A stretch of 64,000 bases of DNA from a bacterium (GTDB lineage: Bacteria; Patescibacteriota; Minisyncoccia; Phycocordibacterales; SBAW01): the NCBI GenBank assembly GCA_021839985.1, contig JAKBZO010000001.1, positions 676 to 64,675 of the forward strand, given 5' to 3'. The position numbers and the translations under genes are program-made. The notes beneath the pieces are model-generated. The model had not been told where the DNA came from. It made no database searches and saw nothing but the letters and a program-made list of their open reading frames with translations. This document shows positions 9,739-17,914 of this stretch, piece after piece (positions within the stretch are counted from its first letter, which is position 1; each line of letters starts with the position of its first letter).

Positions 9739-10608
9739 TCATCCTCTCGTGAGGAAATGACGGTTCGAGAAAACAGCGGAGAGGCCGAATGCAAAGACCA
9801 TGAGCAGACCGCCGAAGACCTTGATCGCGGTCGTCGGTTCAAAAAAGACCGCCCATGCCACCACGCCGCCGACAAGCGGTTCGACCACGCCGTCGTACAG
9901 AGCCGCGATCATTTCATCGGCATACTTGCTTGCCCACTGAATGACCGCGTACGGGAGTGTTGCAAATGCGAATGTCATCCAGGCAAGCGCGAAGAGATCG
10001 TGTGACGGAACGGCGAAGCTCGCTCCGATGAGCAGGCCACTGAGCAAGCTCGCTATCGATATGACGAAGAACTGCTGAACGCACAAAGTGAGAATGTGCG
10101 CGTTGTTCTCTCCATCGAACCGCTCCAGATAGAGAAAATAGAACGCCATGAAGAGTGCCGAGAGAAGCAGGTTGAACTCGCCGAACCCGAAGCCGGACAG
10201 GCCGCCCACGAACAGATACATGCCAGCGATCGCAATGATGAGGGCTGCGTTGTCTTCCCTCGCCACCCGATGCTTGAATATGATCCAGCCTAAATATGGA
10301 ATGAGAAGCATGCCGAGATTCGAGAGGAATGCCGTGCCGGCCGCAGTGCTGAATTTCAGACCGACCGTCTGAAAGATCTCGATACCAGAAAGGAAGACGC
10401 CGAGGATGATACCCTCGCGAAGACGATACAGAATGTTTTGTCTGCGCCAGAGTGCTGCTACCAAGAAGATCAATGCAGAGATCAAGAAATTCCAAAAAGT
10501 GAAATTGATGGCGCCGATCTCCTCGACCAACGGCTTTTGAAAAGCGTAACTTGCACCCCATAAGAGCGCGACGCTGAAATAGCCGAACTTTGACCAATTC
10601 CTTTCCAT
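9739..10608 (-). CDS. EamA/DMT-superfamily transporter
   Basis: 289 aa with ten predicted TM helices in the duplicated EamA-like pattern (WGASYAFQK... repeated halves). Confidence 0.55.
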   Translation of the reverse strand: MERNWSKFGYFSVALLWGASYAFQKPLVEEIGAINFTFWNFLISALIFLVAALWRRQNILYRLREGIILGVFLSGIEIFQTVGLKFSTAAGTAFLSNLGMLLIPYLGWIIFKHRVAREDNAALIIAIAGMYLFVGGLSGFGFGEFNLLLSALFMAFYFLYLERFDGENNAHILTLCVQQFFVISIASLLSGLLIGASFAVPSHDLFALAWMTFAFATLPYAVIQWASKYADEMIAALYDGVVEPLVGGVVAWAVFFEPTTAIKVFGGLLMVFAFGLSAVFSNRHFLTRG

Positions 10609-10802
10609 TGCCTTCAGTATAACGTAAGCGCCGCCATAAAAAGTTTAGGCCGGCTGCATAGGTGTGCGGCCGGCCTCTTGCAGAGCACTGCCTGATAAGA
10701 CAGCGCTATGCAAGTGAAGACACCGCCTGGTTGGGCGATATCTTCGAAAGCGTGCAGCCAATACAGCTGATAACGCTTTGATCTTCTGAGACCACGGTAT
10801 CA

Positions 10803-12068
10803 TTAAATGAACGTCTCGGGAACCGGAAATTTGTTGCACAAAGTTTTTATCTCGACCCTGATCGCGGCGAGTTTCGCCGGCTCGCTGCGGCCTTGCAGCG
10901 CAGCGATCATGAGCTCTGCAACGCGCGCACATTCGGCCTCCTTGAAACCGCGAGTGGTGATCGCCGGCGTTCCGAAGCGGATGCCGGATGGGTCCATCGG
11001 CTTGCGTGGGTCATCGGCGATCATATTCTTATTGAGCGTGATACCAACGGAGTCGAGCACGGTCTCTGCTTCCTGCCCCGAGACGCCGAGCGAGCCCCAC
11101 ACGTCAGCAAGGAGAAGATGATTGTCGGTGCCGCCACCGATGAGCCGCACGCCCGCATCTTTGAATACCGCCTCCATCGCTTTCGCGTTCTTGATGATCT
11201 GCACCGCGTACGTTTTGAATGACGGGTTGAGCGCTTCACCGAAAGCGACCGCCTTCGCCGCGATGTTGTTCATGTGCGGGCCGCCTTGAAGGCCGGGGAA
11301 TACCGTCTTGTCGATCTTCTTCGCGATCTCTTCCGACTCGCACACGAGGATCATGCCGCCGCGCGGTCCGCGCAGTGTTTTGTGCGTCGTTGTGGTCATG
11401 ATGTCGAAACCGTAGTCGAACGGATTTTTTGCCGCACCTCCGGCGATGAGCCCGGCGATATGCGCGATGTCCATCACCGCAAGCGCGCCAACATCGCGCG
11501 CGATCGACACGAATTTCGCGTAATCGAGTTCGCGCGGATACGCCGAGAAGCCGGCAAGGATGATCTTCGGCTTCGTCTCGCGCGCGACGCGCAGCATGTC
11601 GTCGTAATCGATCTCGCCCGTCTCGACGTCCTTCATCTTGTAGCGCACGAAGTTGAAGATCTTGGTGATGTAGGTGACCGGGTGTCCGTGCGTGAGGTGA
11701 CCGCCATGGCTGAGATCCATACCGAGCACGGTGTCGCCCGGCTCAAGGAGAGCGAAGTACATCGCGATGTTGGCATTGGCGCCGCCGAGCGGCTGCACGT
11801 TGGCGAATTTCGCGCCGAAGAGTTTTTTGGCGCGCTCGATAGCGACGCTCTCCACGACATCGGTGAACTGCTGTCCGCCGTAGTAGCGCTTGCCCGGATA
11901 TCCTTCCGAATATTTATTGGTGAGGATCGAACCGTTCGCTTCTCGCACCGCGCGCGACACGTAGTTCTCCGACGGAATGAGCTCAAGCCCCTCCGCCTCT
12001 CTCCCCTCCTCGCCCATGAGCGCGCTGTATATTTCTTCGTCCTGCTGCTGAATAAAAGGGTAGTGCAT
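10803..12068 (-). CDS. glyA: Serine hydroxymethyltransferase
   Basis: 421 aa with LIPSENYVSRAV, YSEGYPGKRYYGG and the PLP-lysine region TTTTHKTLRGPRGG. It is full length. Confidence 0.9.
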   Translation of the reverse strand: MHYPFIQQQDEEIYSALMGEEGREAEGLELIPSENYVSRAVREANGSILTNKYSEGYPGKRYYGGQQFTDVVESVAIERAKKLFGAKFANVQPLGGANANIAMYFALLEPGDTVLGMDLSHGGHLTHGHPVTYITKIFNFVRYKMKDVETGEIDYDDMLRVARETKPKIILAGFSAYPRELDYAKFVSIARDVGALAVMDIAHIAGLIAGGAAKNPFDYGFDIMTTTTHKTLRGPRGGMILVCESEEIAKKIDKTVFPGLQGGPHMNNIAAKAVAFGEALNPSFKTYAVQIIKNAKAMEAVFKDAGVRLIGGGTDNHLLLADVWGSLGVSGQEAETVLDSVGITLNKNMIADDPRKPMDPSGIRFGTPAITTRGFKEAECARVAELMIAALQGRSEPAKLAAIRVEIKTLCNKFPVPETFI

Positions 12069-12123
12069 GATATTAACGTAAAAATCGTAATTCCTATATC
12101 ATACATCAACACCACGACACGAG

Positions 12124-12414
12124 TCATGGACCCTTTTGTTCGACCCTCAACCACAACTTTTCCGCATTGCCATGCCGCATGAGCCCCAGATACGACCGCA
12201 CCACCGCGCCGTCCTCTTCACTCCCCGTAATGTTGCGAAACATGCGCCGCTTCGCCACGGTTCGCAACACACGATGGTCGGGGAAATGCACCCAGCCGAG
12301 GAAGTCGATGCCTGCTGCAACTGTACCAATCGACACCTTGTGTGGATGCAGCGTGAGCCGCAGTTCATCCCATAGAAAATCAGGCTTAAAGAAAAAACCG
12401 CCGCGTGCAAGCAC
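12124..12414 (-). pseudogene. Reverse-transcriptase C-terminal fragment (motif 6/7 plus thumb) with no catalytic N-terminus; a probable DGR-type or group-II-type RT remnant
   Basis: ...LRLTLHPHKVSIGTVAAGIDFLGWVHFPDHRVLRTVAKRRMFRN matches the RT hPxKT...G.DFLG motif and the basic thumb. The frame is closed by a TGA 27 nt upstream, and no YxDD region is present. Confidence 0.35.
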
Positions 12415-12468
12415 GCGGCGAAAAGAAGAGCCCGAGTGTCAAAGTGACACAGGGCAATAGCCCAGGTC

Positions 12469-13083
12469 CTAAGCGGCCGAGATCTGTTGCGCGCCCAGGA
12501 AACCCCAACGGCCGTCCCAGCCGCCCCCCCACCTGTAGAGGCAGAGGTCGCGCTCCGAGCCGTCACCGTCGAGACAGACCACGAACCGGCCGCCGCGCAC
12601 CCGAGCGAAGGAACCGAGCAGAGCAATCGGACGCTTGAGTTGTTCCCTCGGGTACTTGCGAGCGAAGGCGATCCCCGCTTCATGTCGAGCGGGCGGGAAT
12701 CCGTCAGCAATCATCATGTCGCGAACGGCTTCAGCGGATATGGATTTTTTCGGCTCACATAATTTGAAGTGATACGAGCCGACCGCCTTCGGGTTGATCG
12801 GGAAGTTCGAGGCGATGTCCGGATTCACCCGGTTGAATCTAGCACTTGCGATCAATTGCTCGATCGTGACGCCGCTTTCGAGCACCGCCTGAAATTCCTG
12901 CAACGAGAGGCCGAGGAACTTCTGCAGATCGTCGAGCGTTGGCGCGATGCCGTTCTTGACGCTCCGTGCGAGTGCAGAGACGAGAGGGTGCAACGTTTCG
13001 ATTTCGCTGGTCATCAGATCTTGCTCAGTGATGATTTTCAGCAAGTGTGCTGCCTGCGGCAGCGTTCCGAGATCTTTACTCAT
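12469..13083 (-). CDS. Hypothetical protein with an alpha-helical N-domain and a C-type-lectin/FGE-sulfatase-like C-terminal domain; a candidate DGR variable protein
   Basis: The C-terminus is ...LGSFARVRGGRFVVCLDGDGSERDLCLYRWGGGWDGRWGFLGAQQ*. This resembles the RVLRGGSW...IGFR ends of DGR target proteins. It is in the same frame as, and 54 nt upstream of, the RT fragment. Confidence 0.5.
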   Translation of the reverse strand: MSKDLGTLPQAAHLLKIITEQDLMTSEIETLHPLVSALARSVKNGIAPTLDDLQKFLGLSLQEFQAVLESGVTIEQLIASARFNRVNPDIASNFPINPKAVGSYHFKLCEPKKSISAEAVRDMMIADGFPPARHEAGIAFARKYPREQLKRPIALLGSFARVRGGRFVVCLDGDGSERDLCLYRWGGGWDGRWGFLGAQQISAA

Positions 13084-13228
13084 GGAATGTCTCCATCAAG
13101 CACTACCCCTTGCGGGTAGCATTGCTAGAGGGCAACAGGATTGTCGCCATAGCTCGAAAGTGCTGACTTTCCAGCCGCTTCGAGCTATGGCGAACATTGA
13201 TCTCAAAGAGCGGTTTGCAACTTTCTAC

Positions 13229-13256
13229 ATAATACACGAACTTGTACTTCTGTCAA
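13229..13256 (-). promoter_or_regulatory. Near-consensus sigma70 promoter (TTGACA, 16-nt spacer, TATTAT) directing transcription into the 12469-13083 gene
   Basis: The minus strand reads ttgaca-gaagtacaagttcgtg-tattat. It is followed by a ~145-nt 5'UTR holding a 14-bp-stem hairpin (13136-13190). Confidence 0.4.
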
Positions 13257-13283
13257 GACCCCCGCAATGCTCCGACACGAATG

Positions 13284-14246
13284 TTATCCGTGTATCTTTT
13301 TATTGTATCCGCCGGCGACCGTGAGTTCCGCTTTGATGGTCGCGTGCGGATCATAATCATTCAACCGCACGAACTCCGGTTTGAAAGTATCGAGTGAATC
13401 GAGCGACTCCGTGAACGAGATCGTCGGGAACGGCCTTGGTTCACGCGCAAGCTGCTCAAGCGCCTGCTCTTTGTGATTCTCATAGATATGCACGTCGCCG
13501 AACGTGTGCACGAACTCGCCAGGGCTCCGTCCCAAGATCTTGGCGAGCACGATCGTGAGCAGCGCATAGCTTGCGATATTGAACGGCACGCCAAGGAAAA
13601 TGTCGGCGCTGCGCTGGTAGAGCTGGAGGCATACGCGGCCGTGCTTGATGTTGACCTGGTAGAGGTTGTGGCAGATCGGGAATCGCGCCGCTTTGCCCGG
13701 CGCCGCCATGGCATAGAGATATTCCGGATTCCACGAGCTCACGAGGGTGTTGTGAGCGTCCTTGTCATGCCGCAATTCGTCGACCACCCAGCCGAGCTGA
13801 TCGACCTCTCGCCCATCGTGCGCCTGCCACCTGCGCCACATTTCGCCATAGATATGCGGCAGCTCGCCATGAGCCTCTGCAAAGTCATCGTCGGCTTTTA
13901 TGCGCTCGACAAATTCTTCTTTGGTGAGCTCCGGCACCTCGCCGCGTTCCATCTTCTCTTTATAGATCTTGTAGGGATAGTCGTCCCAAATGTGCACTTC
14001 CTGATCGACGAGATACTTGATGTTGCTCTGGCCGGAGAGGAACCAGTAGAGCTCGTGCAAGACGCCCTTCCAGTAGACGCGCTTGGTGGTGAGAAGCGGA
14101 AATCCTTGCGAGAGGTCGAAACGGATCTGACGGCCGAAGAGGCTGTACGTCTTCACACCCGTGCCTGCGTCCACCTGCTCCTCCCCGCTCTCGAGGATCT
14201 CGCGCATAAGATCAAGGTATTGGTACTCAGGATGTCGCTTCTCCAT
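13284..14246 (-). CDS. thyA: Thymidylate synthase (ThyA type, long form)
   Basis: Contains PLLTTKRV, ...CHNLYQVNIK..., LQLYQRSADIFLGVPFNIASYALLT and the catalytic Cys region. Confidence 0.9.
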   Translation of the reverse strand: MEKRHPEYQYLDLMREILESGEEQVDAGTGVKTYSLFGRQIRFDLSQGFPLLTTKRVYWKGVLHELYWFLSGQSNIKYLVDQEVHIWDDYPYKIYKEKMERGEVPELTKEEFVERIKADDDFAEAHGELPHIYGEMWRRWQAHDGREVDQLGWVVDELRHDKDAHNTLVSSWNPEYLYAMAAPGKAARFPICHNLYQVNIKHGRVCLQLYQRSADIFLGVPFNIASYALLTIVLAKILGRSPGEFVHTFGDVHIYENHKEQALEQLAREPRPFPTISFTESLDSLDTFKPEFVRLNDYDPHATIKAELTVAGGYNKKIHG

Positions 14247-14258
14247 GATGGTCGTTTG

Positions 14259-14921
14259 TTATTTTTTCTTCGCGGTCTTCTTTGAAACTTTTTTGGCGGC
14301 CTTCTTCACGGTCGGTTTGGTCTTTGCTGCCTTCTGCTTACTGCCAACCGCCTTCTGATCTCTTGCGGGGACGAAATGGTTCCAGTTGTCCTTCGCGTAG
14401 CGGCCGACATGGCGATAGTTCTGACGCGTCGGCGACGAAAGCTTTGAGAACGTGAGCTGAGCGATCGCCATGCCCGGGCGCAGAATGATCGGCACGTTGG
14501 AGAGATTGCAGAGCTCGAAGGTGATGTTGAGGAAATGGCCCGGATTGATGAGGCCGGCGGTGTTGTGGATCATGAGGCCGACACGTGCAAGCGATGACTT
14601 GCCGCCCACCTGAATGAGGTAGTTGTCGGAGCCAAAATATTCTTTGGAAATGCCGAGTACTGACACGCCGGGATGCAAAATGAATTCGCCATCATCGACG
14701 ACGTTGATCTGACGTGTCTTGGCATAGATCTTTCGAGCCGGATCAACGAAGTTCGTCTGCTCGGGTTCGTTCACCACGAACTGATTGCCGAGAATGATGT
14801 CGTAGCTTGCCGGACTAAGCCGCGACTCGACGAACGGTTCGAGTGTGATCTCGCCGCTTTCAACTCCCTTGATGATATCGATGTCTGAGAGAAACATGAT
14901 GGTTGAATTAGCTCTGCTCAA
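14259..14921 (-). CDS. dcd: dCTP deaminase with a lysine-rich histone-H1-like C-terminal tail
   Basis: The Dcd/dUTPase-fold core ends ...GRYAKDNW. It is followed by AVGSKQKAAKTKPTVKKAAKKVSKKTAKKK. Confidence 0.8.
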   Translation of the reverse strand: MSRANSTIMFLSDIDIIKGVESGEITLEPFVESRLSPASYDIILGNQFVVNEPEQTNFVDPARKIYAKTRQINVVDDGEFILHPGVSVLGISKEYFGSDNYLIQVGGKSSLARVGLMIHNTAGLINPGHFLNITFELCNLSNVPIILRPGMAIAQLTFSKLSSPTRQNYRHVGRYAKDNWNHFVPARDQKAVGSKQKAAKTKPTVKKAAKKVSKKTAKKK

Positions 14922-15059
14922 TAAATATATCGCTGGTAGATCTTTTTAAAAAGCTCTCAGATGCAAGGCGCGGGCGGTGAGTGACGGAGCAATACTGGGT
15001 TGGTATTGCGACGAGCGAACGGGTGCCCGCAACGCGGCAGATGAGGTTTTTGGAAAGAT

Positions 15060-15737
15060 CTACTGGATGGTGAATACCTTGTCAGTCCCATAATACTCCT
15101 CCCAATGTTCATTATAATACTTGAACATGCGCTCAAGCCGGTCCTGCGGCAACTCATCGACGCCGCACTCTTCCATGACCGCGTAGATCTCCGTGCGCGC
15201 CTTCGCGACATCAGCTTCATCGCTCACCATCTTTTCGAACTCGGCGAGCCAGCCGTAGCCCGCGTTGTGATCAAGGCAGACCGTGATGTCGCGGAAAGCA
15301 TACTCCTCGCGCTCGCGCGACCACTTCGCTTGGTAGCGGAAACCGGAACCGAGAATGAGCGCGTCGAGCGCCGCGAGTGGTATCGCAACCTTTTCATCAA
15401 GCTCAATGCGCGCGATGCCGTTCTCGCTCGTCGTGTCATCCACCGACGCTTTAATAACGAGATACACGCCGGTATCTTTCTCGCGCGTACGCACGGAGAA
15501 GGTCTTTGCGCGTTTCGCGAGATCGTCGAACGTGATGCACTTCTCTTCCGAGAGGCATTGGTGCGCGACCGACTGAGCGAGAGCGTCGAGATTGCCGCCC
15601 TCGAAGTAGTGGTTGAGCTGCGCGCTCTTGCCGATCAGGTGCGTGTTCGGATCGAGCTCGGTAAGTTTTGTACGCAGTGCATCTGCTTTTTCTTTCGTTC
15701 CAAGCAGCGACTTCACTTCGACTTCATACGAATGCAT
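15060..15737 (-). CDS. CYTH-domain protein (class IV adenylate cyclase / triphosphatase fold)
   Basis: The N-terminal YEVEVK signature (ExExK) of CYTH domains is present. The likely start is MHSYEVEV at 15737; the ORF table extends it to 15788. Confidence 0.65.
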   Translation of the reverse strand: MHSYEVEVKSLLGTKEKADALRTKLTELDPNTHLIGKSAQLNHYFEGGNLDALAQSVAHQCLSEEKCITFDDLAKRAKTFSVRTREKDTGVYLVIKASVDDTTSENGIARIELDEKVAIPLAALDALILGSGFRYQAKWSREREEYAFRDITVCLDHNAGYGWLAEFEKMVSDEADVAKARTEIYAVMEECGVDELPQDRLERMFKYYNEHWEEYYGTDKVFTIQ

Positions 15738-15811
15738 GAGTGTTATTGTACGTCCTGCGCTGGGGGCACACCATACTGGATTGATCACAGATATGTGGCA
15801 TAGTAGGGTTC

Positions 15812-16312
15812 ATGATCCACATCATCGCCGCCATCGGAAAGAACCGCGAACTCGGCAAAGATAATGCGCTGCTGTGGCAGATCCCGGAGGACCTCCGGCA
15901 CTTCAAAGAGCTCACGCTTGGACATCCGGTCATCATGGGGCGCAAGACATTCGATTCGATCGTTGCTGCACTCGGAGGACCCTTGCCCAGGCGCACCAGT
16001 ATTGTTGTCACGCACACCCACAGAGGGGAACCCTCTGGGACAGAGGGTTCCCCTCTGTGGGTGTGCTCGTTTGAAGACGCGTTAGCGCGAGCACAAAAAA
16101 TTGACCAGGATGTCTTTGTGATCGGTGGGGCGCAGATATACGAACAAGCGCTGCCACACGCTGACGTGCTTCACCTCACACTCATCGATGACTCGCGCGG
16201 TGCTGATTCATTCTTCCCGCCGTATGATCAGCTTTTCAAAGAAGTGGGCGTAAGCGAGTGGCATGAGCATGGCGACACTCGTTACCGCTTCGCGGAATAT
16301 AAAAGGCTTTAG
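15812..16312 (+). CDS. folA: Dihydrofolate reductase
   Basis: IIAAIGKNRELGKDNALLWQIPEDLRHFKELTLGHPVIMGRKTFDSI...VIGGAQIYEQALP matches DHFR throughout. A loop carries an in-frame palindromic insertion. Confidence 0.85.
   Translation: MIHIIAAIGKNRELGKDNALLWQIPEDLRHFKELTLGHPVIMGRKTFDSIVAALGGPLPRRTSIVVTHTHRGEPSGTEGSPLWVCSFEDALARAQKIDQDVFVIGGAQIYEQALPHADVLHLTLIDDSRGADSFFPPYDQLFKEVGVSEWHEHGDTRYRFAEYKRL
16017..16065. repeat. Palindromic MITE-like element cacacccacagaggggaaccctctg-gga-cagagggttcccctctgtgggtgtg inserted in frame in the folA loop (encodes HRGEPSGTEGSPLWV)
   Basis: 25-nt inverted arms with a 3-5-nt centre. The related palindrome ccccagagggttcccctctgggg recurs at 23936-23958. Confidence 0.6.
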
Positions 16313-16346
16313 GAACTAGGCTCTAGGCATTAGGCTCCAGGAACAC

Positions 16347-16396
16347 AAAAAGCGTGAGCTCCGCCAGTTGGCGGAGCTCACGCTTTTTGTGTTTTG
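16347..16396. terminator. Bidirectional intrinsic terminator between the convergent genes folA and rplK
   Basis: aaaaagcgtgagctccgcc-agtt-ggcggagctcacgctttttgtgtttt is flanked by A- and T-runs and by short taggc-type repeats. Confidence 0.6.
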
Positions 16397-16431
16397 AATT
16401 TTCCTAGTGCCTAAGGCCTATCGCCTAGTGC

Positions 16432-16854
16432 CTACTTCACATCCACCCCCATCGAACGCGCGGTGCCGGCGATGACCTTCATCGCTGCTTCCACGTCGTT
16501 GGCATTGAGATCCGGCATCTTCGCCTCAGCAATCTCGCGCAATTGCGTCGAGGAGAGCACGCCGACCTTCGACACGTTCGGCTTCTTCGAGCCGCTGTCC
16601 TTGCCGATCTTCTTGAGGATCATCTTCGATGCCGGCGGCGTCTTGAGGACGAAATCGTACGAACGATCTTCGTACACCGTGATGTTCACTGGAATGATGT
16701 CGCCCATCTTGTCGGCGGTCGCCGCGTTGAATTTCGTGACGAAATCACCGATGTTGATACCGGCCTGACCGAGCGCCGGACCCAGTGGAGGCGCAGGGGT
16801 AGCCTTACCCGCCGGCGCCATGACCTTTATTTTTTTGATGACTTTCTTCGCCAT
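16432..16854 (-). CDS. rplK: 50S ribosomal protein L11
   Basis: [43 protein letters not shown]... is canonical L11. Confidence 0.9.
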   Translation of the reverse strand: MAKKVIKKIKVMAPAGKATPAPPLGPALGQAGINIGDFVTKFNAATADKMGDIIPVNITVYEDRSYDFVLKTPPASKMILKKIGKDSGSKKPNVSKVGVLSSTQLREIAEAKMPDLNANDVEAAMKVIAGTARSMGVDVK

Positions 16855-16881
16855 AATTTTAGAGTGTGGTCAGATACTACC

Positions 16882-17427
16882 TTATATTCGCTTAACCTGC
16901 AAGAAATCGAGCTCGACCGGCGTTTCGCGGCCGAACATCGAGACCAGCACCTTCACCTTGCCGCGCGCCTGATCGACTTCGCCGACCTTACCGTCAAGTT
17001 CCTTGAACGGACCGTCGGTGATGACGACTGTGTCGCCCTTCTGCAGGTCGATCGCGTGTTTGACGCCGGTGTCCTTCATGCGCGAGAGCAGCGCGTCGAC
17101 TTCGGCATCGGCAAGCGGAACCGCTTTAACGCCGGAGCCGACGAAGCCGGTCACGCGCGGCGTGTTGCGCACGACGTTCCATGATTCATCGTCCACGATC
17201 ATGTCGACGAGCACATAGCCCGGATAGATCTTCTCTTCTTCTTCGACGCGCTTGCCGCCCTTGACCTTTACCGTGTGCTCGGTCGGCACGACCACGCTGA
17301 AGATCTTGTCCTGAAGACCGAGTGATTCGATGCGCTGGGTCAGATTGCGCGCAACCGCGTTCTCATAGCCAGCGTAGGTATGGACTGCATACCAATGACG
17401 ACCGGCACTGACATCTTGTTTAGCCAT
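16882..17427 (-). CDS. nusG: Transcription termination/antitermination factor NusG
   Basis: A WYAVHTYAGYENAV NGN domain and a C-terminal KOW domain (KGDTVVITDGPFKELDGKVGEVD). Confidence 0.9.
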   Translation of the reverse strand: MAKQDVSAGRHWYAVHTYAGYENAVARNLTQRIESLGLQDKIFSVVVPTEHTVKVKGGKRVEEEEKIYPGYVLVDMIVDDESWNVVRNTPRVTGFVGSGVKAVPLADAEVDALLSRMKDTGVKHAIDLQKGDTVVITDGPFKELDGKVGEVDQARGKVKVLVSMFGRETPVELDFLQVKRI

Positions 17428-17489
17428 AGATGATGATCGAAAGAAAAGGGTAATAAAAATTCTCGACTCGTTTACAGAACCGGTGGAAC

Positions 17490-17657
17490 TTAAATGATAC
17501 GCTGAATGACCTGAGAGAATCCGTAATCAAGAATGCCAAGATATGCCGCGATGCCGAATGAAACGACAATGACCACAGCGGTGTAGGTGATCGTTTTATT
17601 GCGCGACGGCCACGACACATGTTTCATTTCCGCGCGGACGTTCTGAAGATAGTTCAT
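17490..17657 (-). CDS. secE: Preprotein translocase subunit SecE (55 aa, below the ORF-table cutoff)
   Basis: A hand translation of the minus strand gives MNYLQNVRAEMKHVSWPSRNKTITYTAVVIVVSFGIAAYLGILDYGFSQVIQRII, with one TM helix. The gene order secE-nusG-rplK is conserved. Confidence 0.7.
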   Translation of the reverse strand: MNYLQNVRAEMKHVSWPSRNKTITYTAVVIVVSFGIAAYLGILDYGFSQVIQRII

Positions 17658-17914
17658 AAGGCTTGGTCTAAGTGAATAAGGTATTTTTAAAAGCCCTCGC
17701 GGGCTCTCGTGGCTCTACTGTACCAGTTTATCAGGAAAACGCAAGCAACGCTCAGAGGAGGGAAATGCCCCACGTGGCGGGGCATTGATCGGTCTGGCCG
17801 CCGAAGAGCGAACTATTCTTCAGCGACTATAGTCTCTCAACGGTGCGAACACAAGAGAGCGCGGCTCCGCCGTCTGGCACCGCCGCGCTCTCTTGGTAAA
17901 CCTTCACAAAACGG

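Noticed and set aside
12124-12470. Possibility that the start of the RT-fragment ORF (gcacgcggcggttttttc...) is the DGR template repeat matching the variable region (gtgcgcggcggccggttc...)
   Set aside because: The similarity decays after ~18 nt. The mismatches are not restricted to template adenines (VR t versus TR c, VR c versus TR t), so it does not behave like a TR/VR pair.
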